Positions 1 through 9,174 of a stretch of 64,000 bases of DNA are shown one piece after another; position 1 is the first letter of the stretch; every line of letters starts with the position of its first letter. This stretch comes from Bacteroidia bacterium (GTDB lineage Bacteria > Bacteroidota > Bacteroidia > 2-12-FULL-35-15). The translations under genes and the position numbers were made by a program. The notes under the pieces were generated by a model that worked only from the letters and a program-made list of their open reading frames with translations, was not told the origin of the DNA and searched no databases. The DNA is taken from the NCBI GenBank assembly GCA_045805205.1, contig JBJMLR010000009.1, positions 197,658 to 261,657 on the forward strand, written 5' to 3'.

Positions 1-26
1 ATAGAATTCGTTAAATTTGTATACGT

Positions 27-545
27 ATGCTGAAAAACAGGAGAAAATTGATTTTTGTTATTGTCTGCATGGTGCTGGTACCGATGCTGTCGTTTATTCC
101 GGCGCACCGGTATTATATGAGTCTTACGGAGGTGAGGATCAATACCGGCAAGCATACGTTGGATGTAAGCAGCAAGCTGTTTGCCGATGACCTGGAGGCG
201 GCACTGGAAAAAATGAGCGGAAAGAAAGTGTCGCTGGATAAGTCTACCGGCGATAAAGCAGTTGAAGGCATCATCAATGATTATTTTGCGAAGAATTTTA
301 AGATCAATGTCGGCGGGAAGCTGCAGCGTTTAAATTTTGTCGGTTTCGAGATCGAAAACGATGCGGTGTGGTGTTATCTTGAAACACCTGATTTCAAAGG
401 AAAAGGGACAGTGAGTATTTATAATACGCTTCTTTATGAGAGCTTTCCTGATCAGAGCAACCTGATGAATGTAAGCTGGAATGATGTCGCGAAAAGTGCG
501 CGGCTGAATAACCCGGAGCAGCTGGGGGAGTTCGTGTTTGAGTGA
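27..545 (+). CDS. hypothetical protein with an N-terminal hydrophobic anchor or signal
   Basis: 172-aa ORF. N-terminus KLIFVIVCMVLVPMLSF is hydrophobic. No motif I recognise. Confidence 0.4.
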   Translation: MLKNRRKLIFVIVCMVLVPMLSFIPAHRYYMSLTEVRINTGKHTLDVSSKLFADDLEAALEKMSGKKVSLDKSTGDKAVEGIINDYFAKNFKINVGGKLQRLNFVGFEIENDAVWCYLETPDFKGKGTVSIYNTLLYESFPDQSNLMNVSWNDVAKSARLNNPEQLGEFVFE

Positions 546-582
546 GCGTTGTGAGAGTGATAGTGGGGAAGTGATTTTATTT

Positions 583-700
583 ACTAGGAGATTGCTTCGG
601 TCGTTCCTCCCTCGCAATGACGCTGGTAGGGAAAATCATCTGGTCAATAAGAGATTGCTTCGGTCGTTCCTTCCTCAATGGCGCGGGTAGGAGCCATCAC
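583..700. repeat. ~63-bp tandem duplicate (x2), each copy carrying a dispersed element of the gattgcttcg...ctcgcaatgacg type
   Basis: Direct reading: aataagagattgcttcggtcgttcc(t)cc... occurs twice (583-645 and 646-700) between two convergent genes. Confidence 0.7.
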
Positions 701-730
701 TTCATCACTCAATCACTTCATCCCCTTTTT

Positions 731-1690
731 TCACACTTCCTCATTCACGACACCCATTGCGCAGAATTTATCAATCCGCTGGGCGACACGCTTTTCAGGA
801 GAAAGTTTTTCGAGTACGGCAAGGTGTTTTTGAATTTCTTCTTTTACCGTTTGGAAAGTGGCTTGCTGGTCGGTATGGGCACCGCCAAGTGGCTCCGGAA
901 TAACACCATCGATCAGGTGATTTCCAAGCATGTCCTTCGCAGTAAGTTTTAATGCTTCCGCAGCTCTTTCCTTGTTGTTCCAGTTTCTCCAGAGGATAGA
1001 GGAGCACGATTCAGGGGAGATCACCGAATACCAGGTGTTCTCGAGCATCAGCACCCTGTCGCCGATACCGATTCCCAATGCTCCGCCGGATGCACCTTCA
1101 CCGATGATGATACAGATCACCGGGACTTTGAGCTGTGACATTTCCAGCAGGTTCCTGGCGATCGCTTCGCCTTGTCCGCGTTCCTCAGCTTCCAGTCCGG
1201 GGTAAGCTCCGGGCGTATCGATCAGGGTAACAATAGGCTTATTGAATTTTTCAGCGAGCTTCATCAGCCGCAATGCTTTGCGATAGCCTTCCGGGTTTGG
1301 CATTCCGAAGTTCCGGATCTGGCGCATTTTGGTATTGATACCTTTTTGCTGGCCAATAAACATGACGGTTTTTCCATCCATGGATCCGAACCCGCCAACC
1401 ATGGCTTTATCATCTTTGACGGTACGGTCGCCGTGCAGCTCCATAAAGGTTCCGCCGGTGATATAATCGATATAGGCTAATGTGTATGGACGATCCGGGT
1501 GACGGCTGACCTGGACACGCTGCCATGGGGTCAGACTGCTATAAATGTCGGCACGGGCCTGTTTGATCTTTTCTTCAATTTCGGCAGTGGTTTTCGATAC
1601 GTCGACACCGCTTTTTTCAGCCACTTGCTGTACTTTTTCCAATTGTTCCTGTAATTCGGCAATTGGTTTTTCAAAATCCAGATAGTTCAT
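731..1690 (-). CDS. accA: acetyl-CoA carboxylase carboxyltransferase alpha subunit
   Basis: 319 aa. N-terminus [14 protein letters not shown]... and the [21 protein letters not shown] / [14 protein letters not shown] motifs are typical of AccA. Confidence 0.9.
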   Translation of the reverse strand: MNYLDFEKPIAELQEQLEKVQQVAEKSGVDVSKTTAEIEEKIKQARADIYSSLTPWQRVQVSRHPDRPYTLAYIDYITGGTFMELHGDRTVKDDKAMVGGFGSMDGKTVMFIGQQKGINTKMRQIRNFGMPNPEGYRKALRLMKLAEKFNKPIVTLIDTPGAYPGLEAEERGQGEAIARNLLEMSQLKVPVICIIIGEGASGGALGIGIGDRVLMLENTWYSVISPESCSSILWRNWNNKERAAEALKLTAKDMLGNHLIDGVIPEPLGGAHTDQQATFQTVKEEIQKHLAVLEKLSPEKRVAQRIDKFCAMGVVNEEV

Positions 1691-1753
1691 CTCTTCAATT
1701 TTCTGATTTAGGAAGGCTAAAGTACTTAAAATATGGGAAAAATGGAAAAAGAG

Positions 1754-2281
1754 CTATCTCCTCCTTTGTTTCTCGATCCAGTTTACGATCGGCCGGCATC
1801 CATAGAGCATAAAAAGAGCCAATATGATCTTGCTCAGCGCCAGGACCACAAACTGATAGTTGCCCGGGGTACTGCTTAAGAAATCTCCATTCGACGCCTT
1901 GAACAAATAGATCTGGCGTACCAGGTTGGGGATCTCTTCCAGGAGGATCACTCCGGCGATGCAGATAATAACGATGCTCAAAAGGGTAGAACGATGGATC
2001 TGCATGGTTTGAAAATCATTCTTCAGATCCTGCTCGTAGATGATGCGGTCAACCAGAACATGCGTTTTAATCAGTAACAAACGAATGGTGAAAATATAGA
2101 GGACCAGGAAGATCAGGGAATATCCAAAGAAGAGGCTGCCATAATAAAACGAGTCCCCGGAAACAACGCCATTGAATATTTGCGTGGCCTGCATTACAGA
2201 ACCGGCAATGTCGAAGATCTTTGGGATCATAAACAAGCCGATCGCTTTGGCGATGATCGTAAAAACACCTTTTAGATTCAT
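1754..2281 (-). CDS. hypothetical polytopic membrane protein
   Basis: 175 aa with four to five hydrophobic helices. No recognisable catalytic motif. Confidence 0.45.
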   Translation of the reverse strand: MNLKGVFTIIAKAIGLFMIPKIFDIAGSVMQATQIFNGVVSGDSFYYGSLFFGYSLIFLVLYIFTIRLLLIKTHVLVDRIIYEQDLKNDFQTMQIHRSTLLSIVIICIAGVILLEEIPNLVRQIYLFKASNGDFLSSTPGNYQFVVLALSKIILALFMLYGCRPIVNWIEKQRRR

Positions 2282-2390
2282 AGTTCTTTTTTTTCAAATC
2301 TAATCTTTTTTCCGGCTGGTGCTTAAAGCTTGCATCTAACTCACGGCCATTCCCCGAAGTGTACATCCGAAGTTTTTGTACATTTAGTCC

Positions 2391-3851
2391 ATGAGGAAAT
2401 GGACACTCCTTTTATTTTGTTTTCTTTTCACTCATTTCTCTTTCTCCCAGGACAAAGAGCTGGATTCTCTTTGGTCAGTATTCAATAATTCCCATCAGCC
2501 CGATACTGTCCGCCTCAAAGCCATTCAGGCCATCACCTGGAGCTATATCAGCAATGACCCTGATTCGGCTTTTATTATCGCACAGCGGGAACTTACTTTT
2601 GCTAAAACAGTTCCGGGGAACATTGGAAAGAAGTGGACCGGCAAGATCAACAATACGATCGGAGTTTGTTTTATGTACAAGGGCGATTATGCCCGGGCAC
2701 TTCAGTATTATCTGAAGGGGCTCGATGTTTATAAGGAGCTTAACGATAAGATCGGGACCGGGAACTGCTACAATAATATCGGTATTGTGTATTACAATCA
2801 ATCGGATTTTCCCAATGCGCTTAAATATGACCTGATGTCGCTTCAGATGTGTGAAACGATCAAGGATACATTCGGGATCGCTTCCTGCTATTTGAATATC
2901 GGGTTAGTATACAGCGATATGAATGATCTGCCCAAAGCGCTGGACTATTATAAAAATGCGCTCAGTATAAAAGAAAAGCTTGGTGATGAACGGGGAATGG
3001 AAAATTGCCTGACCGACATGGGCAACATATACTATGCTCAGCACGACAACGAAAAAGCGCTTGACTGTAATATGAAAGCGCTCAGGATCGGTGTGGAGAT
3101 CGATGATCAAAAGGGAATAGGGAACTGCTATGGAAATATTGCAAACATCTACCAGGTAAGAAACGATTATACAAAAGCGCTGGAATACAATTTGAAAGCC
3201 CTGGCTATCCTCAAAAGCGTGGACGACATCCAGGGTGTGGCGGTCTGTTACAATGGCATCGGGGAATTGTACCTGGAAAAAAAGAATTACAGAATGACCC
3301 TGGCGTATTGTGATTCAGCATTGAAAGCCGCTGAAAAGATCGGGGATATCAACCGGGAGCGAATGGCTTACGGATATATTGCGCAGGCTTATGAAGGTCT
3401 CGGAAAATTCAAAGAAGCTTACGAAAATCACATTCTGTATACGAATTTTTCCGACACGATCTTTAACGCTGATAATACGGAACAGCTAAGCAGCCTTAAG
3501 ACACAATTCGAAGTGCAGAAGAAAGAAGAGGAGCTCAAGAATAAGGCGGTCGCGCAGCTGGCGATCAATGCGGAAGAAAAGAAGCGGCAGAACCTTGTGA
3601 TCTTTGTCGCGGGAGGAATATTACTGGTGGTACTGATCTTTTCATTTTTGTTATTGCAGCGCTTCCGGCTGGCACAGCAGCAAAAGCTGGTGATTGAGGA
3701 ACAAAAGGAAAAGATGGATCTTGCTTTCAACCAATTGCATGAGAAGAATGAAGAAGTGATGAGCAGCATCCACTATGCTAAACGCATTCAGCGGTCGCTG
3801 CTGCCGACAGAGAAATACATCGAAAGGAATATTAAACGGCTGCAGAAATGA
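2391..3851 (+). CDS. TPR-repeat protein with a C-terminal TM helix and coiled coil, ending at an A..IQ..LLP motif
   Basis: Signal peptide, then many TPR-like units (N..G..Y...GDY.KAL.YY.K.L). A coiled-coil (KKEEELKNKAVAQL) precedes a TM helix (LVIFVAGGILLVVLIFSFLLL). It ends with SIHYAKRIQRSLLPTE. Confidence 0.6.
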   Translation: MRKWTLLLFCFLFTHFSFSQDKELDSLWSVFNNSHQPDTVRLKAIQAITWSYISNDPDSAFIIAQRELTFAKTVPGNIGKKWTGKINNTIGVCFMYKGDYARALQYYLKGLDVYKELNDKIGTGNCYNNIGIVYYNQSDFPNALKYDLMSLQMCETIKDTFGIASCYLNIGLVYSDMNDLPKALDYYKNALSIKEKLGDERGMENCLTDMGNIYYAQHDNEKALDCNMKALRIGVEIDDQKGIGNCYGNIANIYQVRNDYTKALEYNLKALAILKSVDDIQGVAVCYNGIGELYLEKKNYRMTLAYCDSALKAAEKIGDINRERMAYGYIAQAYEGLGKFKEAYENHILYTNFSDTIFNADNTEQLSSLKTQFEVQKKEEELKNKAVAQLAINAEEKKRQNLVIFVAGGILLVVLIFSFLLLQRFRLAQQQKLVIEEQKEKMDLAFNQLHEKNEEVMSSIHYAKRIQRSLLPTEKYIERNIKRLQK

Positions 3852-5176
3852 AAAAGTTAATGCTGCTGTTTTTCTTTGCCGGTCTCGCTTCCGTTTTAGC
3901 TGCGCAGGATCCGCTGCTGCGCACGTTCAACGATACCTCTCTTTCTGACACGGTGCGTTTGCATGCGATCGACGATCTCGCGTGGAACTATGTGTATGCA
4001 AATCTCGACAGTGCAATTTTATTCGCGAACGAGGAGCTTCGCTTTGCGGAACGGGTCCCCGCAGATAAAAAGGTGGCGTGGATAGCCCGCGCTTATGGAA
4101 CGATGGCCTCAGCAAGGATGCAGAAAGGAGACTTTCCGAATGCACTGGACCTGTTTCTGAAAGTACTCAAGATCAGGGAAGGGCAGAACGATACCATTGG
4201 TATCGGCAGATCCTATCTTAACATCGGGGAATTGTACCGGGTGCAGCGGAATTTTGACCTGGCGCTCGAAAACGACCTGCGGGCGATGAAGATCTTTATT
4301 GAAAAGAATGACAGCTCGGGCATCGGGTACGCGAATAATAATATCGGGTTGATCTACCTGAACAACGGACAATACGAGAAATCGACGGGTTATTTCCTTT
4401 ACGGACTGAAGATCATGCATGCGATTGGGGATGAACGGGAAGTGGCGAGTAACTATATGTATCTCGCCGATATAAATCAGAACCGCAAAAAATATAGCGA
4501 AGCTTTACCGTATTACCGGGAAGCATTGAAAATAAAACGAAAGCTGGGAGACCTGCTGGGAGCCAGTATCTGTTACCTCAATATCGGTGAAATGAACCTG
4601 GTAATACCGGATTATGACAAAGCAATCCTGTATTGTGATTCCGCTTTGCAGATCAATAAGCTGACCGGGAACCTAAACCAGCTGCGGGCGACACATGATG
4701 ATCTTTCAAAAGCGTTCGGAGGTTTGGGCAGATATAAGGAGGCTTACGAGCATCATGTTATCTACAAGAAGCTAACGGACAGCATTTTTAATGATGAGGC
4801 CAGCAGGCATCTGAGCGATCTGAAAACGCGGTATGAGGTAGAGAAGAAAGAAGCGGAGCTGAAGACCAAGGAAGTCGAAGCCGCTGCGATCCAGGCGGAG
4901 GAAAAGAAACGCAAGACGCTTATTATCGACGCTGTTGTATTGGTATTGGTACTGACCCTGTTATTTTCATTCTTTTTGTTCCGTCGCTTCAAATTTACCA
5001 ATGCTCAAAAAACGACCATTGAAAATCAGAAGCTCCAGGTTGACCGGGCGTACGATCAGCTGCATGAGAAAAATAAGGAGATCCTTGACAGCATTAATTA
5101 TGCGAGAAGGATCCAGCGGTCACAGCTGCCGACCGAGAGCTATATTGAAAAGCAGTTGAACCGATTGAGAAAATAA
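3848..5176 (+). CDS. TPR-repeat protein, tandem paralog of the previous gene
   Basis: Same architecture and the same C-terminal motif INYARRIQRSQLPTESYIEKQLNRLRK. Its start ATG overlaps the upstream stop as ATGA. Confidence 0.6.
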   Translation: MKKLMLLFFFAGLASVLAAQDPLLRTFNDTSLSDTVRLHAIDDLAWNYVYANLDSAILFANEELRFAERVPADKKVAWIARAYGTMASARMQKGDFPNALDLFLKVLKIREGQNDTIGIGRSYLNIGELYRVQRNFDLALENDLRAMKIFIEKNDSSGIGYANNNIGLIYLNNGQYEKSTGYFLYGLKIMHAIGDEREVASNYMYLADINQNRKKYSEALPYYREALKIKRKLGDLLGASICYLNIGEMNLVIPDYDKAILYCDSALQINKLTGNLNQLRATHDDLSKAFGGLGRYKEAYEHHVIYKKLTDSIFNDEASRHLSDLKTRYEVEKKEAELKTKEVEAAAIQAEEKKRKTLIIDAVVLVLVLTLLFSFFLFRRFKFTNAQKTTIENQKLQVDRAYDQLHEKNKEILDSINYARRIQRSQLPTESYIEKQLNRLRK

Positions 5177-5194
5177 ATTTTGTAGTTTCGTGAC

Positions 5195-6019
5195 ATGATC
5201 ACTTTTCCAAATGCAAAAATCAATATAGGTCTGAACATCATCGGAAAGCGCGATGATGGATTCCATAATATCGAAAGCGTGATGTACCCGATCGGTTTAT
5301 GTGATGCGCTTGAGATCATCGGGAACAAGGAACCGGGTGCCGAACAGTTTATTTTTACTTCTTCGGGAATTGATATTCCCGGAAACGCGAAAGACAATTT
5401 ATGCCGCAAGGCTTATGACCTGATCTCAAGAGATTATGCGTTGCCGAATGTGCGTGTTCATCTTCATAAACACATTCCGGTTGGTGCGGGACTGGGAGGA
5501 GGATCCGCAGATGCGGCTTTTTTTATCCGGCTGCTGAACGAGAAATTTGAGATCGGCCTGGCATGGGGTGAGATGCATCATTATTCCCGTCAGCTTGGAA
5601 GCGACTGCTCCTTTTTTATTTCGAATAAACCGGCTTTCGCTGAAGAAAAAGGGGATCAGTTCGAATCTGTTTTGCTTGACCTGTCGGGGTATTACATTGT
5701 TTTAGTTTGTCCGCCGATCCATGTGAACACTGCGAAAGCCTACAGCGGTGTTAAGCCTCAAAAGCCGGTTCGTTCGCTTGAAGAAGATATTCAGAAACTT
5801 CCGGCTGCGCAGTGGAAAGATCATATTTACAATGATTTTGAGGATTCTATTTTTTCTCAGTTCCCGGAAATAAAAAAGATCAAAGAAAGCTTGTATGAAA
5901 AAGGGGCACTCTATGCTTCCATGAGCGGCAGCGGATCGTCGGTGTATGGATTGTTTGAACGTCCGGTGTTTTTGGAGACAGACTTTCCCGGGTGCTTTGT
6001 TTATGAGAGCGAGTTGTAA
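5195..6019 (+). CDS. ispE: 4-(cytidine 5'-diphospho)-2-C-methyl-D-erythritol kinase
   Basis: GHMP-kinase signature. KINIGLNIIGKRDDGFHNIESV and PVGAGLGGGSADAA are typical of IspE. Confidence 0.85.
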   Translation: MITFPNAKINIGLNIIGKRDDGFHNIESVMYPIGLCDALEIIGNKEPGAEQFIFTSSGIDIPGNAKDNLCRKAYDLISRDYALPNVRVHLHKHIPVGAGLGGGSADAAFFIRLLNEKFEIGLAWGEMHHYSRQLGSDCSFFISNKPAFAEEKGDQFESVLLDLSGYYIVLVCPPIHVNTAKAYSGVKPQKPVRSLEEDIQKLPAAQWKDHIYNDFEDSIFSQFPEIKKIKESLYEKGALYASMSGSGSSVYGLFERPVFLETDFPGCFVYESEL

Positions 6020-6023
6020 TGGT

Positions 6024-6085
6024 TTAAGTGATTAGGTGGCTAAGTAACCAAGTAACTTAGTGATTAGCGATTAAGTGACTGAATG
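6024..6085. repeat. degenerate 8-bp tandem repeat (GTRAYTRG family)
   Basis: gtttaagtgattaggtggctaagtaaccaagtaacttagtgattagcgattaagtgact lies directly after the ispE stop. Confidence 0.6.
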
Positions 6086-6094
6086 ATATTTCTT

Positions 6095-6523
6095 TTATCC
6101 CTTCCTGAAAAGTTTCGTATACCCTTTAACATAGATCTTCCGTTTCTCTCCGACAAAATTTCCGGTCAGGATCAGCTCCGTGCAAAATGCATGCAGGCCA
6201 TCCTTATCGATGGGCGTAAGATATTTGAACTGGTAGATCGTTACCTTGAATTGGTCTGCTTTCCCTGGAAGGAGAGGAGTGCTCGGAAGATTGGCGAAAC
6301 CTTTTCCGCCGCCATTGCAGCTTGAAATGATCAGCGGTTCGTTTCCGGTATTCTGAAATTTAAATTCGACATCACGATAAGTAGAGGTTGCTATTTTCCC
6401 GGTGCTGTCAAGTGGAATCACAACCAGCCCGATGTCGATGGTGTCCTTTTCAAGCTTCAGAACTCCCTGTGCGGGAATCAGGAATGGAACTAAAAGCAAT
6501 ATGATCGAAATTCTATTTTTCAA
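6095..6523 (-). CDS. DUF1573-like secreted protein
   Basis: Signal peptide. The FKFQNTGNEPLIISSCNGGGKG motif (F.F.N.G..PL.I) is characteristic of DUF1573 domains. Confidence 0.5.
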   Translation of the reverse strand: MKNRISIILLLVPFLIPAQGVLKLEKDTIDIGLVVIPLDSTGKIATSTYRDVEFKFQNTGNEPLIISSCNGGGKGFANLPSTPLLPGKADQFKVTIYQFKYLTPIDKDGLHAFCTELILTGNFVGEKRKIYVKGYTKLFRKG

Positions 6524-6573
6524 TTGGTTCGCCCTAAAGGTTTTGATAAATTGTTTTTTTTCTGATAATATCC

Positions 6574-6620
6574 TTAGTTACCCAGTCACATAGTCACCTA
6601 ATCACTCGATCACTTCTGCG
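6574..6620. repeat. degenerate 8-bp tandem repeat (GTRAYTRG family, reverse orientation)
   Basis: ttagttacccagtcacatagtcacctaatcactcgatcact spans the 3' end of the permease gene. Confidence 0.55.
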
Positions 6621-7686
6621 CTTTCTTCAACAGGTACCAGGCCAGGAAGCCAAAAAGTATGTTGGGGATCCACACGGAAGCAAAAGGTGAAACCAAACCG
6701 CTTGCCGCGAATGTTGTAGTGACCTGCATAAACATGATAAAGGTAAAGCTGATAAAGATACCGAGCCCGATATGCATTCCGATGCCTCCCCGGATCTTCC
6801 GGCTGGCAATGGATGCGCCGATAAGTGTCAGAATGAACGTTGCGAATGGAAATGCGGTCCGCCGGTACTTTTCGATCTCATAGCTTTCGATATTATCGGA
6901 TCCTTTTAACTTTTCAGCCGCGATATAATCGTTAAGCTCATGGTAATCCATTGTGCCGACCGTGTTGTCTTTTCTCCCAAACTCCTCCGGCGTAAAATTG
7001 AATGTCGTATCGATCTTTTTACCTTTCGTGATGAACTCGTCCATATCATGAATATAGCGGATGTAGTAATTGTTGATCGTCCATTGGCTTTTGATCGTAT
7101 CCCATTTGATATTATCTGCAACAAGCTTGTAATATAACCTGCCCTTGCTGAATTTTTCAATGGAGAACTGGTATCCTGTATTTTCGGTTGTTGAATACCT
7201 TCCAAGATAAATATAGTTTCCCGGAGAGATCTGTTTATGAATATTCAGATCATGGTTATGAAATTCGTTCCGCACATACGTGTTCTCAAATTCAATTTGC
7301 TTTTTGGTCGCATGAGGGATCACAAAATGATTCAGATATAGTGACAGTGCGGCAATTACGGTTGCCGAAAGCATGTAGGGGAAAAGAAGACGGGTATAGC
7401 TTATTCCGCTGCTGAGGATCGCAACAATTTCCGTGCGGGTGGCCATCTGCGAAGTAAAAAAGATCACGGCGATGAATGTAAACAGCGGACTGAAAAGATT
7501 AAGGAAGAACGGAATGAAATTGAAGTAATAATCTACGATAATGGCACTGAGCGGAGCTTGTTTTGCAATAAAATCATCGATCTTTTCAGAGATGTCAAAT
7601 ACCACTACGATCAGGATGATCAAAGCCATGGCGAAGAAAAAAGTGCCAAGGAATTTCCGGATAATGTATCTGTCGAGTAGTTTCAA
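6610..7686 (-). CDS. LptF/LptG-family LPS export permease
   Basis: 358 aa. N-terminus LLDRYIIRKFLGTFFFAMALIILIVVVFD is typical of YjgP/YjgQ. There are six TM segments with a periplasmic middle domain. The ORF begins with TTG. Confidence 0.75.
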   Translation of the reverse strand: MKLLDRYIIRKFLGTFFFAMALIILIVVVFDISEKIDDFIAKQAPLSAIIVDYYFNFIPFFLNLFSPLFTFIAVIFFTSQMATRTEIVAILSSGISYTRLLFPYMLSATVIAALSLYLNHFVIPHATKKQIEFENTYVRNEFHNHDLNIHKQISPGNYIYLGRYSTTENTGYQFSIEKFSKGRLYYKLVADNIKWDTIKSQWTINNYYIRYIHDMDEFITKGKKIDTTFNFTPEEFGRKDNTVGTMDYHELNDYIAAEKLKGSDNIESYEIEKYRRTAFPFATFILTLIGASIASRKIRGGIGMHIGLGIFISFTFIMFMQVTTTFAASGLVSPFASVWIPNILFGFLAWYLLKKAQK

Positions 7687-7687
7687 T

Positions 7688-7777
7688 GGGTGATTAGGTG
7701 ACTGGGTGATTAGGTAACTAGGTGATTAGGTGACTGGGTAATTAGGTGACTGGGTAACTAGGTGACTAAGTAACTAC
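7688..7777. repeat. degenerate 8-bp tandem repeat, about 11 units (GGTGAYTRG)
   Basis: ggtgattag gtgactgg gtgattag gtaactag ... read directly. It overlaps the tgt 3' end. Confidence 0.85.
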
Positions 7778-8904
7778 AACCGGCTTCCGAGTTTCGGTAC
7801 CATCTGATCTTTCCATTCTTTAAAAGTTCCGGCGATGATCTGGTTCCGTGCCTCGCCGACCAACCACAAATAAAAAGCCAGATTATGAATACTGGCAATT
7901 TGCGCAGCCAGAAGCTCCTGCGAATGTACAAGGTGCCGCAGGTAAGCCTTGCTGTATGCCTTATCCACGTATGAGGTTCCATCGGGGTCAAGAGCTGAAA
8001 AGTCGTCCCTCCATTTTTCATTTTTCATGTTCATGATGCCATTTTTGGTGAAAATCAATCCATGGCGGGCATTCCGGGTTGGCATCACACAATCGAACAT
8101 ATCGATCCCAAGGGCAATGGACTCCAGGATGTTGACCGGTGTTCCGACTCCCATCAGGTAACGGGGCTTATCAGCCGGAAGAATATTGCAAACAACTTCG
8201 GTCATGGCGTACATATCCTCGGCCGGTTCTCCCACGGAAAGTCCTCCGATGGCGTTGCCTTCCCGGTTCTGAGCTGCGATGAACGCTGCCGAACGTTCCC
8301 GGAGATCTTTATAAACGCTTCCCTGCACGATCGGAAAGAGTGTCTGACGATAGCCATATTTGCCTTCTGTCTCATCAAAACGGGTGCAGCACCGCTTCAG
8401 CCAGCGATGCGTCATTTCCATCGAATTCTTAGCGTATTCGTATTCGCAGGGGTAGGGTGTGCATTCATCAAAAGCCATGATGATATCGGCTCCGATGGTC
8501 CGCTGGATATCCATGACATTTTCAGGTGTAAAGAAATGCTTGCTGCCGTCAATATGAGAAGTAAATTTTGCACCTTCTTCGGTCAGTTTACGCTGTCCCG
8601 AAAGGGAATATACCTGGTACCCGCCGCTATCGGTCAGCAGAGGACGTTCCCAGCCGTTGAATTTATGCAGTCCGCCTGCTTTTTCGATGATACCGAGACC
8701 CGGACGAAGGTATAAATGATAGGTATTCCCGAGTATGATCTGTGCTTTGATATCATCACGCAGCTCATGCTGGTGGACCGCTTTAACGGTCCCGGCTGTC
8801 CCAACAGGCATAAAAATAGGAGTCCGGATGATCCCATGGTCAGTCGTGATCTCTCCTGCACGGGCTTTAGAATTGGGGTCGGTATGGGAAATGCTGAAAT
8901 TCAT
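7774..8904 (-). CDS. tgt: queuine tRNA-ribosyltransferase (tRNA-guanine transglycosylase)
   Basis: 376 aa. ARAGEITTDHGIIRTPIFMPVGT and GLSVGEP are typical of Tgt. Zinc-binding C..C..C...H lies near the C-terminus. Confidence 0.9.
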   Translation of the reverse strand: MNFSISHTDPNSKARAGEITTDHGIIRTPIFMPVGTAGTVKAVHQHELRDDIKAQIILGNTYHLYLRPGLGIIEKAGGLHKFNGWERPLLTDSGGYQVYSLSGQRKLTEEGAKFTSHIDGSKHFFTPENVMDIQRTIGADIIMAFDECTPYPCEYEYAKNSMEMTHRWLKRCCTRFDETEGKYGYRQTLFPIVQGSVYKDLRERSAAFIAAQNREGNAIGGLSVGEPAEDMYAMTEVVCNILPADKPRYLMGVGTPVNILESIALGIDMFDCVMPTRNARHGLIFTKNGIMNMKNEKWRDDFSALDPDGTSYVDKAYSKAYLRHLVHSQELLAAQIASIHNLAFYLWLVGEARNQIIAGTFKEWKDQMVPKLGSRL

Positions 8905-9174
8905 CTACTAATGCCAATTTGTACTAACTTACTAATGGATTTCCATCGTTTTCCGAAACCTTTAGTACCCGAAATCACTACTACTTCTTTCGTAGATTGG
9001 TACAAATTAGTATTTAGTAGTTTAATTGTTAATTACTTTGTTTAAATCCTCGCAAAGATAAGGGAATATAGAAGAACGGATAAATCTATTTTCGTAGCAT
9101 GGATAATATTCATTGGTCGGCTGGTCATTTGCAGATCGTGGATGTGTTTTTAGAGATCGCTTGAAATAGACAAC

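Noticed and set aside
617-952. A 111-aa plus-strand ORF, together with 330..617 on the minus strand.
   Set aside because: They overlap the repeat region and the 3' end of accA on the opposite strand, and nothing supports them.
7688-7777. A tandem-repeat array that might be taken for a CRISPR array.
   Set aside because: The units are 8 bp and contiguous with no spacers, and there are no cas genes. It is a simple degenerate tandem repeat.
8062-8715. A 217-aa plus-strand ORF.
   Set aside because: It lies entirely antisense within the well-supported tgt gene, with no motif support.
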